Source: a virus (Duplodnaviria > Caudoviricetes). Taken from it: a stretch of 34,050 nt of DNA. The notes below the pieces were generated by a model. The model was not told the DNA's origin, made no database searches, and saw nothing but the letters and a program-made list of their open reading frames with translations. Below, piece by piece: positions 31,605 to 34,050 of the stretch. The translations under genes and the position numbers were made by a program. The stretch is taken from positions 1 through 34,050 of the IMG/VR virus record IMGVR_UViG_3300049140_000091. One strand, given 5' to 3'. Every line of letters begins with the position of its first letter. The first letter of the stretch is position 1.

Positions 31605-33395
31605 CTACACGACCATGATTTCGTCTTCGCCCGCGTACCGGCTTTTGCGGCGCGGGGGCCTGGCGAGGACCTCGGACATGGCGGTCAGCAGCGCGGACAC
31701 GCCGTCGATCTTGTCGCCGGAATTCGCCTTGTCCGGCTTCACGTTGCCCGCCGGATCCTGGACCACGGCCATGTTGTCGACGCACCAGCGCACGATCGGA
31801 TTGCCGCCGTGGCGCAGCACCGTCCTCTCCGGAGTCCCGCGTTTGATCAGACGCTGGGTCTCCTTGAGGACCGGGCTCATGGTCTGGAAGCCCTGCCTCA
31901 CCTTGACCATCGGCGCCCGCTCGCTGACCAAGTCGTTGGTCAACTGGCTCGCGTTCCACGGGTCGTAGCCGATCGACCGGACGCGGAACACGTCGCGGTC
32001 CTTCTTGATCTGGTCCTTGATCCAGTCGTAGTCGGCGACGTTGCCGGGGGTCTTGGTCAGCCACCCCTCTTTCACCCATCGGCTCGCGGCCTTGGCTGTC
32101 CGCTTGTCCAGGGCCGCGAGGTTGTCCTCCGGCGTCCAGAACCTCCAGACGGCGTCGAGCGTGCCGTCCTCGTCGTTCGGGAACAGCCAGGCGAGCGCGC
32201 ACAGGTCGGACGTTGCGGCGAGGTCCAGGCCGCCCCAGGTCTCCCGGCCGTGCAGCGCGGTCTCGTCGACCATTCCCGCGTTGCGGTCCCAGTCCTCGAT
32301 CCGCAGGTACTTGCCGTCCGGCCGCGTCCGGATCCCGAGGTTGAGCCGCAGGTACGAGGCCAGCTCGGTCGGGGACGACTCCGCCTTGCGCGAGGCCTTC
32401 ACCAGATAGGAGCGGGTGGGTGAGATCCCGAATCCGGGGTTGGCCGCCCGCCAGGTCTCCTCGGCGTGCGGGTCGGCGCCCTCCGGCGCCGCGAAGATGA
32501 CGCCGTACACGGACGGGTCGTGCAGGACTCCGCGCGCCAGCTGCTCGATACGCCGGCGCTTGTTGTCGTACGGGGTCTCGCGTCTGCCGGTGTCGGCGGT
32601 GGTGATGACCACGCCGAGCGGCTGACGGCGGGAGCCGGTGCCGGTCTCGAGGGTCTCGAGCATGTCCGGCGTCTTGTGGATGTGCAGCTCGTCGCAGATG
32701 TAGCAGTGCAGGTTCGCACCGTGCTGGGCGTCCGCGACGTTCGAGATGACCTGGAAGTACGAGCCGCTCTTCGGGTGGACGATCTTGTCCCTGAGCGGCT
32801 TGACGTGTCCCTTGAGCGCGGGCGCCTTGTCGCACAGATTCCGGATCGGGTCGAAGACGAAGCGGGCCTGGTCCTTGGTCGTCGCCGCGGCAAGGACTTC
32901 AGCGCCGGGCTCATCGTCCGCGCACGTCATGTAGATCGCGATACCGCCGCAGAGCGTCGACTTCCCGTTCTTGCGCGGGACGTCCACGTACAGCTCGGAG
33001 ATGATCCGGACGTAGCCGTCGGCGTCGTCGTCCCAGTGCACCCATCCGAAGACGGGCGCGATCACGTACGCGACCTGCCACGGGTCCGGCTTGAGCGGCT
33101 TGCCCGCCCACTGGCCCTTGGTGTGCCGCAGTTTGGAGAAGGCCTTGATGACCTTGTCGACGCGCGCCGGGTCGAACAGGGCGCCCGGCTCGTCGCGCGG
33201 TTCGGGGGTCTTGTGCAGCGGCGGGCAGTCCGGCAGCGGGATTCCGCGTGAGGCCAGGAACCAGCCGACCTCGGGGGAGAGCTTCAGCCGGTCCAGCGTC
33301 TCCTGGTCCGGCATTTCCACCGTGTCGACGCGCGGCGCGGCCTTCGCCTTGCCGGGCTTGCGTGCGCTACGCGAAGGGGTTGTCGTCCTCGCCAT
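31605..33395 (-). CDS. terL: Terminase large subunit
   Basis: PWQ, Walker A VPRKNGKS, Walker B YICDELH, ITTA, nuclease GLDLA and KIDG. Confidence 0.95.
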   Translation of the reverse strand: MARTTTPSRSARKPGKAKAAPRVDTVEMPDQETLDRLKLSPEVGWFLASRGIPLPDCPPLHKTPEPRDEPGALFDPARVDKVIKAFSKLRHTKGQWAGKPLKPDPWQVAYVIAPVFGWVHWDDDADGYVRIISELYVDVPRKNGKSTLCGGIAIYMTCADDEPGAEVLAAATTKDQARFVFDPIRNLCDKAPALKGHVKPLRDKIVHPKSGSYFQVISNVADAQHGANLHCYICDELHIHKTPDMLETLETGTGSRRQPLGVVITTADTGRRETPYDNKRRRIEQLARGVLHDPSVYGVIFAAPEGADPHAEETWRAANPGFGISPTRSYLVKASRKAESSPTELASYLRLNLGIRTRPDGKYLRIEDWDRNAGMVDETALHGRETWGGLDLAATSDLCALAWLFPNDEDGTLDAVWRFWTPEDNLAALDKRTAKAASRWVKEGWLTKTPGNVADYDWIKDQIKKDRDVFRVRSIGYDPWNASQLTNDLVSERAPMVKVRQGFQTMSPVLKETQRLIKRGTPERTVLRHGGNPIVRWCVDNMAVVQDPAGNVKPDKANSGDKIDGVSALLTAMSEVLARPPRRKSRYAGEDEIMVV

Positions 33396-33846
33396 CGTCG
33401 GCCCCTCTCGCGAGGGCCTGCTCGCTCGAGGGGGTCAGGCCGAACTGAACAGCCATGGCCCGGAGCTCGCGGCCGGCGGACCGGGCGATCGCCACGGCTG
33501 GGTGCGGCACGGTGCGCGTGGTCTCGCTGCCGGAGGCGCTGATGGTCGTGACCTCGGCGGTGATGCCCTCGCGGGTGACCGTGCGAGTGGCGGTGACGAA
33601 CTGTGACCACGTCTCGCAGTACGCGGCGAGGACCGCGCGGTCCTCCTCCTTGAGGAGGTCCAGGCGCTGCAGGCCGGGAGTCACCCGGCGCCACTCGGCC
33701 TTCGCCTCCGCGCTCATCCACGTCGGCGGGTTCGGTGCGATGCGGCGGAAGGCCGGCCCCGGGTTGACCTTGCGGCCGCCGGAGTCGGTGCCGTTGCCGC
33801 GGCCGCCGATGAGCTTCAGGGCGGCGGGCTGGGCGGTGCGTCCCAT
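33367..33846 (-). CDS. terS: Terminase small subunit (P27-like)
   Basis: PPTWMSAEAKAEWRRV...LAAYC...HPAV...FGLTPSS; AGGAGG RBS; precedes TerL. Confidence 0.9.
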   Translation of the reverse strand: MGRTAQPAALKLIGGRGNGTDSGGRKVNPGPAFRRIAPNPPTWMSAEAKAEWRRVTPGLQRLDLLKEEDRAVLAAYCETWSQFVTATRTVTREGITAEVTTISASGSETTRTVPHPAVAIARSAGRELRAMAVQFGLTPSSEQALARGADDGEDDNPFA

Positions 33847-34050
33847 GGCGCGTCACCTCCTGCAGGTCAGCGCGGCCCGAGGTGACGCCGACCGCACCCG
33901 CAGTAGGGGCGTCGGCGTCGGGCCTGGTCGGATCGACGGTGTACCCGCAGGCGCCTGAGCAGGAACGAGAGCACGATTTCACCCCCTCGTTCACGCAGCG
34001 TGACCAGCCTGGGGCCCATCGCCCGAAATTTATTCTGAGACGACGTGTTC

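Larger units (their letters stand above)
1..34050. mobile_element. Temperate siphovirus genome segment (Streptomyces-like host inferred)
   Basis: Contiguous phage modules across the whole window with an intact attP in the interior; no host housekeeping genes seen. Confidence 0.9.

Overview
A GC-rich actinobacterial (Streptomyces-like) temperate siphovirus, seen in excised/virion gene order rather than as an integrated prophage. From left to right: early leftward genes, two excisionase-like HTH genes, a divergent Cro-like/CI-like switch, a tyrosine integrase with a LacI-type HTH inserted into its catalytic domain, and an attP made of the 3' half of tRNA-Pro(CGG) flanked by 11-bp-phased GCCCCAG arm repeats. 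A ~3.7 kb accessory cassette follows (XRE, three Cys/His-rich microproteins, XRE-DUF5753-like regulator, DUF6879-like protein, and a small leaderless gene behind a PafBC-type promoter motif). The rest is a minus-strand late operon, read right to left: TerS, TerL, portal-MuF fusion, HK97 protease, capsid, neck, major tail, frameshifted tail chaperones, tape measure, minor tail proteins, beta-helix tailspike, amidase-LysM endolysin, holins and a collagen-like membrane protein. The best leads are the accessory cassette with its flanking TTGCGCGCAA palindromes, the LacI-integrase, a perfect 11+12 bp pseudoknot-type element after the major tail gene, and a Cys-rich 32-aa ORF coupled to the endolysin. 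Family names come from motif recognition by eye; no searches were run.
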